A stretch of 64,000 bases of DNA from Naegleria gruberi (lineage: Eukaryota), in assembly GCA_000004985.1 (NCBI GenBank), contig GG738880.1. One strand, 5' to 3'. Positions 32,289 through 45,461 of the stretch are shown here, piece after piece. The position numbers were made by a program, and so were the translations under genes. Below the pieces are notes generated by a model, which did not search any database, had not been told where the DNA came from, and saw only the letters and a program-made list of their open reading frames with translations. The number at the start of each line of letters is the position of its first letter. Positions within the stretch are counted from its first letter, which is position 1.

Positions 32289-35200
32289 TTGCACAGAGTA
32301 TTCATCATCCTAATTAATCATCATCATCATGATGGAGGAGGAATATTGAGAATGTATGAAGCATCATCTTTGGCTTCATCGGAGGAATATAAAACGAGTA
32401 GAAATATTGGAAATTATTATCCGTATAGAACAAGTATGAATATTGATGAAGTTTTAGAGTCATCATCATCAATTCAGAGGTCAACTAGAAGCAGGTCACC
32501 TATGAGTGGTGGTATTCAACCAGTAGCAATGATTTATATTAATGAAAAAGTTAGTTATGACAATACATCAACATGTAACATTACTTTTCCATGTTCAAAT
32601 CTTGGACAAGCTTTGGATTATTTGGCATCATTGGATGAGGAATCGAGATTGGGAATAATCATATTACAAGTGTATTTTATGAGTGATGTGACGACTTGTG
32701 AGAATAGGTGGAGAAATGAATTGAATCCTACTATGGAAGTGTTTTTTTTAAACTATCCAACTAGAGAATCTAGAACATTTGATTGTAAAGGACTTAAATA
32801 TTTTATTACGGATTTTGTAAACTCGAATTCTAAGTTGGGTATTAACATTTTTGAAATGAGGTTTGAAAATACATCATTTAAACATGCATTGGATATGATT
32901 GGGTTCTCTGGATGTGTTTTGGATACAGTTTCTATTATTGTTGGAAAATCTTCAAAGGTGACTATTACCGACTCATTAGTTCTCAAATCAGGTATTAATT
33001 GTATAGAAGGATATTTAGAAACCTCTAATTCTGTATTTAGGAGTACTCAAATTCATGGATTTAATAACATTGGATCAGCAGTAGTACACCCAATCATAAT
33101 GCAAGATACAAAATTGTTGGAAAAATCAACACTTAGTCTCATATCATTTAGAATAACTATAAGCCAGTTTACCATTTCGGATTCTTCACTTGAAATTAAC
33201 TCAGCTCCATATATTGGAATTACTAATTTCACGGCTAGTAATTCACTTTTGAAATTTGAAGTTGTCAATAGAATGGAAATGAGCGAATTTGAAATATTCA
33301 ATAATGTGATACCAGTGCTATTCTCTGGTATAAACATACTTATAATGAATAATGGAACAATTAGAGATTGTGATGTGACTTCTGATGGTGCCCTTGCATT
33401 CAGAACTATTCTTTCAATGAATTTTCAAAAGTTAAAATTTATTAGAAATAGAAGAGGAATGTTTGCTGATAATGTTAGAACCATGTCATTGAAAAGATGT
33501 GAATTTTCACAAAATTATCAAGGAGTTAATTTACAAAACTTTGAAAATAATAGTCATGCAACATCTTCGTTTTATTTCTGCACTTTCATTGATAATTATT
33601 ATCCAGATGGTAATGGAGGTGCTGTTCAAATGATTAGTCAAGATTCTTTGCGTTTTTTTGCTTGTAAATTTGAGAATAATTATGCAAGAAATGGTGGTGC
33701 CATCTATTCAACTTCAGAGACCTCCATTGAGGCTTCTACATTCCGAAATAACAGTGCTGTATTGTACGGAGATTGCTCTGAAATTACTTGTGGAAATGGA
33801 GGCAGTTTTTACGGCAAGTCCTTTATCACATTGGAAGATGTCGAGTTTTCAGACAATAGAGCTATTAAGGGAGGTGCCTGTTTTTTCAATCATGTCACTA
33901 GATTAGACAGTTTTGGGAATCAATTGTTTCACAATAATGTTGCCTCTTTTGGAGGTGATGATATTTTCCTTCATGATACCTTTACTCAAGTTATGCCATC
34001 AGCCAAGTTTGCCCAATCAAATATTGGAAGTTTGAAATTGAAGTCAAACTATGAATCAAGCAAGAATATTTCTGTAGAGGATAGCTATTTGAAATTGTAT
34101 CCTGGACAATCTATTTCTTTCAGATTTGAACTATTTGACATGTATGGAAATCAGATTAGAAAAATACAATCTAGTCCAAGATTTGTATCCAGCAACCATG
34201 GTATTGTCGTAAAAACAGTGGTCAATTCAACAACCAATATTTCATTGAATTCATTTTCCTATGAGGTCAATGAGAAAATACCAAGTGATGATTTCCAAGT
34301 CCTCGTTTCATTTGACGAAAATTTCAAAGATTATATATTGAATATTCGACCAACTCACTGTCCATTTGGATATTCATTCAAACGACAATTTGAATCAGAG
34401 TTTAGTCAATATGCTTGTGTGAAAGAAAATTATGAGGCCATAATTGCATCATCTGTTATGGGAACGGTGCTTATTGTAATAGTATTGACTGGATGCTCAA
34501 TTGCTGCCTATTTTATTGGAACTCGTATGCATAATCTCTACAAGAGAGAACAAGCTGAAAAAAGTTTAGCCAAGAAACTCATAGATAAGCAATTTATATT
34601 TGGGGAACAGTCAGAGTTGACTGAAAGTTTATTGCACTCCAATGGAAAGGCAAAGCAGTTAAAGAGTCAATGTGATAATATGATTATTCCTCTTACAGAT
34701 ATTGAAATTATCAGCAAGATTGGAGAAGGTAGTAATGGTGTTGTGTATAAGGCTCGTTGGCATGGAACTTTTGTTGCATTGAAAACACTCAAAATTAACT
34801 CACTCTCAGAGGAAGAAAATGAAGAATTTGAACATGAAGCTGCATTATTATCAAGTTTGAAACATCCTTCTATTGTTTCATTTTATGGAATTTCAGTTGG
34901 GGTCAATGTCAAGTACATGATTGTTGAATTTATGCCGAATGGAAGTTTGGATCATTTAATTAGAGAATGTAAAAGTGGAAAGGTACATATAACTCTGCGA
35001 CAAAAGATTAATATAATTCTTGGTATTGCCAATGGATTACTCTATTTACACAATCTGAAACCTCTCTCAATCATTCACAGAGACATCAAACCTGGAAATA
35101 TTTTACTAGATCATTCATATCAGGCAAAAGTGAGCGACTTTGGATTATCCAAGCTCACTTCAAATAATGGTTCCTCAACCATGACTTCAAACTTGGGCAC

Positions 35201-35639
35201 TGTTCTATATATGGCACCAGAAGTAATCATGGAGGGTGAATATGACATTTCACACAAATTGGACGTCTACAGCTTTGCCATAATCATGTATGAATTATTC
35301 TTTGAGGAAGCTCCATTCAGTTCAGGTAGCTCCAAACTAAATAGATTTTCCAAAGATGAAAAGGAAGTGAAAAACCTATTGAGTATTCCATGGCTTGTAG
35401 CTAAGGGTGAAAGACCCAAAATTCCATTCACCACAGAGGAGGAACTATCAATGTGGATTGAGGAATTTATAAAGGATGAGAAGGATTTGAATGGTAATGT
35501 TTCACTTTTCAAAGCAGTGCAGGATTATATTGATTTGATGAAGAAGTGTTGGACACAAAATCCCTCCGAAAGACCTACCTTTGCTGAGGTTGTAATTATA
35601 CTTTCGAGAATGTTGTCAAATTATTGGAAAGGAATTTAA
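32289..35639 (+). CDS. Receptor-like TKL protein kinase. The extracellular domain carries Pmp-type parallel beta-helix repeats (GGA(I/V)..., F..N motifs), followed by a single TM and a cytoplasmic kinase
   Basis: Repeats include NGGAVQM...FENNYARNGGAIYS...FRNNSA...FSDNRAIKGGACFF. The TM is IIASSVMGTVLIVIVLTGCSIAAYFIG. The kinase motifs are IGEGSNGVVYKA, VALK, HRDIKPGNILLD, DFGLSK and MAPE. A candidate upstream signal-peptide exon (ATG 32240, MRNLIEILIMLLMMNNFAQ) is spliced by a 43-nt intron at 32298-32340. Confidence 0.8.
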   Translation: MHRVFIILINHHHHDGGGILRMYEASSLASSEEYKTSRNIGNYYPYRTSMNIDEVLESSSSIQRSTRSRSPMSGGIQPVAMIYINEKVSYDNTSTCNITFPCSNLGQALDYLASLDEESRLGIIILQVYFMSDVTTCENRWRNELNPTMEVFFLNYPTRESRTFDCKGLKYFITDFVNSNSKLGINIFEMRFENTSFKHALDMIGFSGCVLDTVSIIVGKSSKVTITDSLVLKSGINCIEGYLETSNSVFRSTQIHGFNNIGSAVVHPIIMQDTKLLEKSTLSLISFRITISQFTISDSSLEINSAPYIGITNFTASNSLLKFEVVNRMEMSEFEIFNNVIPVLFSGINILIMNNGTIRDCDVTSDGALAFRTILSMNFQKLKFIRNRRGMFADNVRTMSLKRCEFSQNYQGVNLQNFENNSHATSSFYFCTFIDNYYPDGNGGAVQMISQDSLRFFACKFENNYARNGGAIYSTSETSIEASTFRNNSAVLYGDCSEITCGNGGSFYGKSFITLEDVEFSDNRAIKGGACFFNHVTRLDSFGNQLFHNNVASFGGDDIFLHDTFTQVMPSAKFAQSNIGSLKLKSNYESSKNISVEDSYLKLYPGQSISFRFELFDMYGNQIRKIQSSPRFVSSNHGIVVKTVVNSTTNISLNSFSYEVNEKIPSDDFQVLVSFDENFKDYILNIRPTHCPFGYSFKRQFESEFSQYACVKENYEAIIASSVMGTVLIVIVLTGCSIAAYFIGTRMHNLYKREQAEKSLAKKLIDKQFIFGEQSELTESLLHSNGKAKQLKSQCDNMIIPLTDIEIISKIGEGSNGVVYKARWHGTFVALKTLKINSLSEEENEEFEHEAALLSSLKHPSIVSFYGISVGVNVKYMIVEFMPNGSLDHLIRECKSGKVHITLRQKINIILGIANGLLYLHNLKPLSIIHRDIKPGNILLDHSYQAKVSDFGLSKLTSNNGSSTMTSNLGTVLYMAPEVIMEGEYDISHKLDVYSFAIIMYELFFEEAPFSSGSSKLNRFSKDEKEVKNLLSIPWLVAKGERPKIPFTTEEELSMWIEEFIKDEKDLNGNVSLFKAVQDYIDLMKKCWTQNPSERPTFAEVVIILSRMLSNYWKGI

Positions 35640-35944
35640 GTTCCTTCTCAATATATTGTTATAAAAAATTAAATATTTAAATAATAATCACAACATTGCA
35701 ATTCCTTTGCAATTAGATCCAATTGCCGACATTCGGCTCTCTACTTCAATTCTTTTATGTGTGTGTTCCTTCCCACACAGCACAATATCCAATACTACCG
35801 GTAAGCACAATACAACAACAGCGCTGGAATAAAATAGCACAAAATAATAACAAAATAACATCACAGCAATTCTATTGTTCCCGCTCAAAAATTCTACAAT
35901 CAGAGAAAGGGCCACACTTTTTGGGCAAATATTTCATCTAATAG

Positions 35945-38900
35945 ATGCACACGACGACGAAGGTAGTAACAACGTCTTCGTTGGTGGTAGGAGGGATGCA
36001 ACAGCATGAGTCGTCAATAGCTTGCTGTAGTAATGATCAGATAGTGGTTGATGAAAATCATCAGGAACACTACAATCATCATCAGCATCATCAATATGAT
36101 ACAAATCTTGTTCTTTCCTCGGAGCATTATCAGCAACATGTACATCCTATAGTAACAACAACAATGATAAATAATCATTCATCACCAATAGCCTCCCAAA
36201 GTCATCATCACAATAATACCTCTTCATTCGAACAACAAAATAGTGCCACCACACCTGTTCATTATCAAAGTAATTGTAATAACATTCATTCGGAAGCTTT
36301 GTCTTCATCACCCAATTCATGCTCATCGACGACAACCAATAGAAAAAAGTCTATCGGATCAACTTCAACAGAACAAGTATTTGCAACTAATATAATAACA
36401 ACACCAACACGACAACAGGCTATTATTATTGCCACAAATTTTAATGAGGATGATAGCAGCTATACCCGAAGTGAGAGTAGTGACAATATTGTTGTAGATG
36501 TGGATAATATTATTGTGGATACTCTGGACCCAAGACAGCCAGTAGATGATGATAATTTATTGGCCACTACAATTCATGAATTACCTACCTCTCTAAGGAT
36601 TCCTTCATCTCATCAAATTTCAAATCTTCAAAATCAAAACATGTATACTATTCCACCAACAACTAACTCGACCGATTTTGCAACTACCATAATTGTAAAC
36701 AATTCTTCACCAAATCATCAACCAAATGAAACTACTAATCATATTATTGAGCTGGACAGATTACCAAATCCTCCAAAAAGAGCTCACCCAACTCACCCTT
36801 CAATTTATAGGCAAACCAATGAAAATTTTCTCCTTACAATTTATTCGGAATTAATCTATTGGGGAAAGGCAATAGCTGTTGGTCACAGAGATAACCCTCA
36901 CTCGAATAATGAACACTTTATCAGATCTATACCCTATCTTTCCGAATATCCTCATCACGATACAATTCCGAAACAATATCCAAGGAGTTCTACCAATTTT
37001 CATCTGTTACTTGCTGACATGCTCCATATAATATTAGGTTTTTTGGATTGTGCTTCAATATTACGATTTTCTAGGTGTACTACCTATTACTATCACATTT
37101 CACATGCTAATGCACTGTGGGATGAGTATATTTATCTCGAGTGTTATATCAAATTTTCAAAAATTACTCTACCTGAAAGATTTGCAAACCTGTACAATAC
37201 CAAACCAGAGAGAAGACGAGAGCTACTCCAAAACATTGATACTGATGAAAATGCTGATTTAGATTTTCGTCAAAAAAGGCTTTTGAATGCCATCGACAAA
37301 TTCTTGACATTCTATCAGCCCTCAAAAGAAGAATCACTCTATAACAAGTATTCTGAACTGAAAAATGAATATCAACAAAAACTAGTCATTCCTCACTCGA
37401 GAGAAATTGTAGCCATTGAAAATAGTGACCACGAAATAACCATCAGAGAGGTTGAAGAAGAAATGGACGAAGAAGAAGCAGAAGCCAACCAAAGTGCTGA
37501 TGAATCCATCAATATTGAGACAGACTATGATGAAGATATCAATCACTTTTTTGAAACTTTAAATAGTGTTTTTAGAAGAGACGAGCACAGCCAAAACTTG
37601 CAAAGTATTAGAACAACAATTTCTCGAGAGGATTCCTCAAAAAGTAATAACAGTAGTAATAGAAGGAATAGTTTCATGGTGGATGAAAGCTCCAATATTC
37701 CTGTTCCAATAATTATTAATAGAGCCTCTACTGACATGCCATCAACACCAGTTCAGATAGGCAGCAATGCCACTGCCTTTAAAACAGATCTGGTCATTCC
37801 AAATAAGCATTTCAGTATCACATCTGAACAGTTGGAGAATGTTAAAATTTGCCCACCAGAAGAAGAACAACCTCAAGTCTCCTGGTTTGTCAGGTGTAAG
37901 GAAACCATCTCACAATACTATAAGAACTTTTCAGCAGAGGCAACCACCAAGAGAAAAGCAGCATCATCTCACGTAAGACATGCTAGAAGTGCTGTCGATA
38001 GATATTATTCATCTTACTGTATTTTCAGACAAGAGAAAATAAGAAACCCATTCATTAGAAGTAGACTGATGAAGCTCTATATTAATCAAATCAAGAGACG
38101 TTACAGACCAATTACCAGATGGATCAACCATGTGAAAATGAGTTCTTGGCTCTTACTAACCATCTTTGCAGTTCTCTTATTCTTGAAATTGGATGAATAC
38201 ATTAATTGGCCATGGTTTGTTGTTTTTGCTCCAGTGCTTGGTTCCAGTTGTTTATCCATCCTGATTTCTTTATTAGTTTGGACTCCAACCATTGGTTGGC
38301 CAATTGTGCTCTATCGATGGGTTTCAGGAGATGCTGTTGGATTCTGGACAGCCTATGCCTACTGTTTAACACCCAGAGGTAGAATTGTTCAGCTTATAGT
38401 TGCAATCCTGCTGGCCCTAACACCTTGTTGTACCTTTTTCATTTCACTATTCCCCGATGTTCCCCAGTATTTACCTTGCATTATTGTGGCAGCTGCTTGT
38501 CTCATTTGGATGTACACTTGCACACAGATTATTTACAAAACCGGAAAGAGAGTCTATCCTTATTTACTTTTCCTTGTTTGGCTTGGAATGGGAATGTTTT
38601 GTGGAGCGATTATTTTGAAATTTGCCATTCCATTCTTTACAGCTAATGTAAAATGGTATTTAATTTGCTCTCCACTGTACATTGTAGTAATTTTGATTAT
38701 CAGTAAGTTTTATTCATAACTTGAAGCTAACATGTATAGTTTATCAAATCAAACTTTCCATCGATTTGAGCGCAGCCTCATCCAAGACCTGTGTGGGTCT
38801 TATATGGTCAATGACATTCTTTGGTTTCATGTCAGTAATTGTCCTCACAATGGTACTTCTTATTTTAAGAATTGATGAAATTGTGAAATGGCAGTATACC

Positions 38901-39062
38901 TTAATATTTACTCCTGGATTCTTAATTTTTCTAATTGGATTAATGTACTATTCTGTCAGGGCATTTACAAGCAAGCTTTCTCCAACCATTCTCAAAAATC
39001 CATTCTCCCTTTTCACTAATGGTATGAAAAATAATGCTGATATGGATACTTATATTTTGTAG
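35945..39062 (+). CDS. F-box protein with an N-terminal Q/H/N-rich region and a C-terminal multi-pass membrane domain; 2 exons
   Basis: Proposed model is join(35945..38702, 38740..39062) with a 37-nt GTAAGT..TAG intron and matching phase. The F-box-like segment is LADMLHIILGFLDCASILRFSRCTTYYY. The C-terminus has about 8 hydrophobic helices. Confidence 0.55.
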
Positions 39063-39187
39063 TAGATCCATAAACACTTTCACTTTCGAATTTGAAAGTT
39101 ATTGAATTACCAACTCTATTTTTACTTTATTAAAAAAAAAAGCCAAACATCTTCTAAGAGAATTGTTCCCTCCAATAAATACTAAGA

Positions 39188-40102
39188 ATGAATGACAGAT
39201 TCAATAGAAGAATAATGAATCATTCTGAACATTTGGAATTTTCACTCTACTCCCAAAATTTGCTAGCTGGATGTTGGTCCACTGATTTAAACGAATATTC
39301 GTATGTTGAAGAGCCAAAAGAAGAACACTTGGAATGGAGTGGAAGGGTGAAGAAATTGGTGAGGGATTTTACAATTCATCAGCCTGATATAATTTGTTTA
39401 CAAGAAGTTGAAACTCTATGTTTTGAAAAGGACATTTTGAAACCATTGCAACAAATTGATGAAAGCTATCGAGGAGTTTTAAAGAAAACACTTGGAGATT
39501 TTCCTGTAGGAGTTGGATGTATTTTTAAGGAAAACGTATTTGAACTAGTTCGATTTTTTGAAACAAGTTGTTCCATAATTCTAGTTTTGAAATTCAAAGC
39601 CAACAATTCATTGATTTATGTTACATCATGTCATTTATTTGGAGATCCTAATCAACCTTACACAAGAATCAATCAATTGAAGTCAATATTCAAGAATTTG
39701 AAAAAATATCAGAAAGGAAACCATTGTTCCACCATTATTTGTGGAGATTTCAATGCAGAACCCAATTCTGCTACCTATAATTTTGTGGTCAACTCACAAT
39801 TGAAATCAAAATCAGAGGAGAATAATGTCATTGCCACAGAGACAGATATTCAACATCAGTTTAAATTCAAAAGTGCCTACAAGGAAATTATTGGAAATGA
39901 ACCTGAGTTTACCTTCAGACCAATTGAAATTGCACTAACGTGTGATTATATTTTCTACAGTTGTGATCCTTTAGAAATTGGTGGAATCATGTCACTTTAT
40001 GAGAATGAACAAGATAGAGAAAGGATACACCAAGTGGGATTACCCAATTCAAAATATGGATCTGATCATTTAGGTCAACAAGCATACTTTTCTTTCAAGT
40101 AA
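39188..40102 (+). CDS. Endonuclease/exonuclease/phosphatase (EEP) family protein (CCR4/nocturnin/angel-like)
   Basis: Motifs are PDIICLQEVE, ICGDFNAEPNS and GSDHL at the C-terminus. Confidence 0.75.
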   Translation: MNDRFNRRIMNHSEHLEFSLYSQNLLAGCWSTDLNEYSYVEEPKEEHLEWSGRVKKLVRDFTIHQPDIICLQEVETLCFEKDILKPLQQIDESYRGVLKKTLGDFPVGVGCIFKENVFELVRFFETSCSIILVLKFKANNSLIYVTSCHLFGDPNQPYTRINQLKSIFKNLKKYQKGNHCSTIICGDFNAEPNSATYNFVVNSQLKSKSEENNVIATETDIQHQFKFKSAYKEIIGNEPEFTFRPIEIALTCDYIFYSCDPLEIGGIMSLYENEQDRERIHQVGLPNSKYGSDHLGQQAYFSFK

Positions 40103-40154
40103 TTCCTAGGAAACTTATCACAGCATAAGATGACCAAATAAATAACACTACCAT

Positions 40155-41873
40155 TTAATTATCAAGGATCATGAGAATTGCCTTTGGAAACAGCTTGCCT
40201 TGCTCAAGAGTAATACTATTATCATCAAAGAAGGTGTTTGGAATGGCTTTCAACCTAAATGATGAATTATTCTCCATTTCAACCATGAGCAATCTCCTGA
40301 GGTCTTCAATGGTTTTAGACTTGTGTATGGTGACAATATACTGCATTGTTGAAGACTTTAACTTGATAGTGCACAATTCCTTTGGATTCAGTAATGCAAT
40401 GCCAACATCTTGTATCTCAATGACAGAGGGATTGTCCTGAGAGGCACTTTGAGTTTCCTTAGTAATAACCTTTTCAATTTCCTCTCTGATTGGAATGACT
40501 TTTCCATTCTTTATCACTTGCTTTGGAAGTTTATCTAAAAGAGCCTTCTTATCAAGTGGGGGTTGTTCCTTTCCATTCTCTTCCACATGTTTTAAATAGT
40601 CCATTCCTCGAATGTTGTTTCCCTCATGTTCCTTCAAATAACTGCCCATTCCAACACTTCTCTCGACTTGTCTTGAAAAGTCCTCACTCGTCTTGTCTAT
40701 GATTTTTAATTTTACTCCATCTGGGTGTCTTTCCTTAAATTCATACGGGAAATATCCATCCACTGTTGTTTGGGAAAATTATCATTGCAATTATCATTCT
40801 GAATGAAAAAAACTTACAAATGTCAGTCAAGAAGGCCTTTGTAATATCCCACTTGTAAGGCTTGAATGGTCCACCCTCAACAACAATTCCATTCTTCCAA
40901 AAGGTAACTCTACAAACTGGTTTAGGTTTCAATTGTTTGATATTTCCATTCTTTGAAACTTCTACTAATTCTTCCTCGTCAATCATCTTGTTAAGTGCTT
41001 CCACTCGCTGTTCCAAAACTTTCATATTGATTCTAGATCCTAGGTCATCATCACTAAGTGGTTTAGGAGATTTGCTTCTTCGTTCCTCTGGAGGCTGAGG
41101 AGTAAATCTGGTATTTTCTGGTCGTGGTTGAGATGATGAGCTACTAGAACTTCCAACATTACTTTGCTCGGATGAAAGCGATTTGAAGGAATGTTTCAAC
41201 CCAGCATTATCCATAAACCTCACGAGAGTATCAATGGTCGATTGTTGCTTGTCCTTCTCCGCTGAAAGCAATTCCATCTTTGTTTTTTGTCTCCCAACAG
41301 TGAGTTGAAGATCCTTAATTTGTTGATCTTTGGTGGATAGCTCAGTTTTTTGTTCGGCACACAATTGCTCCATCTTCTTCAAACGAACTATTAAAGTTGA
41401 GGTAAGATCATCTGTAGCTGCTGTGCTCTCAGGTATCACCTCTGTAATAATGTCAAAATAAATTAGGTCATTAAAAACATACCGTCATCTTCACTATTTA
41501 CAAATATTGGAGGTCTTTGAATGGATGAAGAAGAATCATGAGATAACAAACTCGGTCTACTCGGAGCTATTGGCCTTAGGTTTGAACTTGGGTGGTGTAT
41601 CACTGATGGCTTCATAAATAATTTAGAATTGAGACTCTTCTTATTATTCAATACTTGAATATTATGTTTGCTGTACAATCCATTAGTGACCTTATCACCA
41701 TTGTTACTATTACTACTGTTGCTGCTTATTGCATTATTTGGAGGACCTCCCGAAGAAGAGGGACGAGAATTAGAAGCTCCCTCTCCTCCCAAATAGCCAT
41801 TATTGTTGTTATTATTGTTGATACTATTCGGCGATCTCTTCTTGATCAGCAAATTGTTGTTATCTGAGGACAT
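40155..41873 (-). CDS. SEP and UBX domain protein with a coiled coil (p47/UBXN11-like p97 cofactor); 3 exons
   Basis: Proposed model is join(40155..40761, 40817..41441, 41483..41873) on the minus strand, with 55-nt and 41-nt introns (GTAAGT and GTATGT donors). The SEP domain reads VTFWKNGIVVEGGPFKPYKWDITKAFLTDI. The UBX domain reads CTIKLKSSTMQYIVTIHKSKTIEDLRRLL...FPNTFFDD. Confidence 0.7.
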
Positions 41874-42084
41874 TATTTACAAGTAGTACTTGATTTTTCT
41901 CTTATATCTTTACAAATAGAAAGATAGGTTCTTTCCCTCTCTTAATAAAAAAACCAATATTAATAATTGATAGTGATGAACCTTATTTTGCGTTAGCCCC
42001 TCAATGCGAGTTCATGCAATTTTTTAAAAATTAGAACTTGGAAAAACGTAAACGAGAACTTGATTTTGGCGCCAAATAAATTTT

Positions 42085-43918
42085 TCATTTCTTTTTATTC
42101 GTCTTCTTGTTGGGTTTCTGTTTGTTCGCAGAAGCATTTGATGTGGAGTTTCTTCTCTTTTTCTGATTGGTTTCAGAACTATTTCCTATGGAACTTTCTT
42201 CACCAATTGGTTTTTTCTGTTCCATTTCCCTCTTTGTCTTACTTCTCTGCCATAATAACTCGGATCTGTAAAGTATATCGCCCGAATCTCGATCAATGAG
42301 GAGGAGAAAGATTATTTTCTTGGGAGCCGATTCTCCTTTCTTTTTCTTTTTTGGAGAGGAGGTGTATTCAATGAAGGAGGAGCTATTGTCAGAGTCGTCA
42401 GAGTGAGGCAATTTGTTATTGTTGTTTGGCGAGGAAGAGCTTGCAATGACAGAGTTTAGTTTCTCCTTTCTTTTACCTCTTTTGGAAGTATTATCCCTCT
42501 TAATTGGTACCTTAATTGAAAAACCAGAAGGGAGATTAGGATCTTGAAGATTGGAAACGAAACGACTATCTGATAAATTCTCATAAAATTCCAAAGCAGT
42601 GAGGTGATCAATTTGTGAAATGTTATTAATCACTTCATTTGGATTCTCGACAACGGAAGAAACTAAATAGCTTCTCATTTGGAGCTGCACTCTATCACAG
42701 AACAAATCCTCAATTCTATTCGAATCAAATCTTGGAATATGCACCAAAATATCATCATTCACAAAAACACTATGAGTAGCTCCCAGTGGCTTGTGATAAA
42801 TATTAATTGTAAATTTTGGATTACATGTCAAAATTATACTTGTTGGAGCTTGTGTGAAAAACCATCCTCCAAACTCTTCATCTTGCAGAATTGACCTGCA
42901 TTCTTCTTCATCATCATCTTGATCTTCTTGCACGACATGGGTTGTGATTTTTTGTAAAGTAGGTTCTGGATTATTTGTTGATCCTTGACTATTGGAACCA
43001 CTCGAAAATCTTGAACGTTTTCCATGTGAATTGTTGGTAATCCATGTGGAGGAAGCTGATGATGAGTGATCATCGTTGTTGGAATTTGTAATTGTTGGTT
43101 GGGAGACTGCTGGTGAAACTATGGAGGTGGAATGAGTGGTTTGGAGTGGATTTAGAACTTGGTTGGTGGATTGTGTTTTGCTTTCTTGTTGAAATGTCTT
43201 GCTATTCGAAACTTGTTCTGATTTTTCAGTGTGTTCGATCCAGTTGCATGGATCAAGAAATAAGGAATCAATATCCAGTTTCAGTAAAGAGTTATTCGAA
43301 TTATTGTTTGTTGCATTCAATCCCAAGGAATCTTGAAAACTATCGAATATGCTTTGGTCGAAACTAACATTGTTAGTATTGCATACAATTATTGTTACTG
43401 CCAGTATCTGAAAATAAACTTCTAAAAAGGATATCATCTCGTAAAAACTCTGTATTGTTGTTACCAAAAGAGGAAACTAAACCATTAGACGAAAGTTGTC
43501 GTTCATTATTCGAAGGAGGCACAAAACGATTATTGGAAACAGAAGCATTCGATGGAGGTAGACATGAAGGTTGTTGTTGATTATTAGAGAGGAAGACAAA
43601 AGGAGGTGAGGATTGGAAAGATATTGAAGAAGTTTGAACAGGATTCGAATAAGAATTATTTGGAAACAACATGTTGCTTGATTGTTGCTCATGTTGCTGA
43701 TGTGTTTGTTGCCCATTTGGAATAATCATGTTTAGATTTTGGTGAAGAAACTGATGGTAGGGAATCAATTTGTTTAAAATTGTCATGTTTTCGAAAGAAA
43801 ACGAAAGTAAATTAATATGTTGAAGATCTTTGTAAATCGCCAACGACCGTGATAAAATGTTAACAGAGAAAGGAAGAAACAGTAACTTCTTAGATATGAA
43901 GGTTGTTGATATTTGCAC
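42085..43918 (-). CDS. Hypothetical nuclear-type protein: Q/N-rich N-terminus, a central conserved-looking domain, and a basic C-terminal tail (KKRRNS...KKTNKKK). A frame change near 43380-43470 is unresolved (cryptic intron or sequencing frameshift)
   Basis: Two overlapping ORFs (43373..43918 and 42085..43467) share codon bias. The central block is YHKPLGATHSVFVNDDILVHIPRFDSNRIEDLFCDRVQLQMRSYL. Confidence 0.4.
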
Positions 43919-44007
43919 TACCTTCGTACTTTGTTGTTTTTTTCACAAACACCAACAGACGAATCAAACTAAATAATTAGAAACCTACGAGCAGATCAAA
44001 TATATTG

Positions 44008-44021
44008 AGAGGATTTTAGGC
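44008..44021 (+). repeat. 14-bp motif agaggattttaggc, copy 1 of 2, in the long divergent intergenic region
   Basis: An exact second copy lies at 45002-45015. Confidence 0.3.
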
Positions 44022-45461
44022 ATTGAGTAATAGAGCCTAGCAGATTACTTGTGGAGAGGAAATTGTAAATAGCAAAACGCAGGTTGAAGAGCTCGATACG
44101 AATACGCAAAGATGTCATCATTCAAAACTATTAGAAACTAATTTTTGGTCAGCTAATCAAAATTGGTTATTGGAATTTACAAGACATTAGACGAAAACAA
44201 TTTAAACCATAAACATGAAAGTTATTGGATTAAAATAATATTTAATTTATATTAGAAAAGTTGATTTCAATTCAGCGGCTCATTAACAAAAATTGCTTCC
44301 TGTTGCTTTGGTATCAATTGGGAGGTTTTACATGAAATGCATGCAATCGTTCACTTGCGAATAAATAATCCATTAAAGAGAATTTCAGTGAATAGTCATT
44401 TTGATTTGTCCCTCTTCCTATGTTGATGACCGAATGTGAAACCAAACATTTGATGAATTATGTAAATTATGTTCAACATGAGAGAACCGTTAAAGAGAGA
44501 GGAGTGCTTTCAAACCCTTATATCCAAAATTCGCTCAAGTTGTCTTCCATCTATCAAGTGCAATGGAATCTGTTTGTGTGGATCGGATAATATTGCAATT
44601 TCCTTTTATGAGCAGGGAGCGAATAGAAATCAAACCTTGCCTTTTAGAAATTCCACCTTAATTGTTGTAAATTCTTGGAATTATTATTTTGTTTTGATTT
44701 TAATCAAGTGATTAATTTTTGCTGGGATGTGAAATACTTCTGTGAAACTTGTGGTTCATTGAACGAAATGGCACAAGTATTCGTTCTGTCTTTGTTCTGA
44801 CGTGGAATGAAATGGGTCATCTCTCAATTTTATGCTGAAGAGTGCCTGAAACTATTGTAAGATGGATTTTTGACACAATTCAACATTAGATCGAGGAACA
44901 AGAGGTAAATTTTCTGTTCAATAAGGAGACTAATTCATTTTGGAAAGTGAGCAGTGTGGTATATGAATCTAAATAAAATTAGTAGATCGATCGAAATAGT
45001 TAGAGGATTTTAGGCTATCCTATCTTGTTGATAAATTTTCCCGCCTTATTCTTGTAAATTTTTTAGATTATTTTATTTTTTAATTAAAAAAAAAGCTGCA
45101 TGTGATAGTCTTTGGATGTTATTGTCTAGTGGGTGCATGGTGTGGTTTACTATTCTTGGGAATTAATTATTATGTTTTTTGTGATATCATGATCAGCATG
45201 ATTCCAAGAATATGTGTCCAGATTATTCTAATCAATTTATGATGATAACAATTTTCCATTAATATTATTCATGGAGTTGATGCACTAAGTGGTCTATATC
45301 CGAGGATCTGGATAACTCGTTACCACATTGATATTTTCGAGTACTACATACGATAAGGACTACGTTCGTTCAACTGGAGTTTATCAACTAATCTAAATGA
45401 ACAAAATAGAATAATTTCCTTTAAGAAAATAAGAAGAAATCTCTTGCACTGTCTTAACAGA

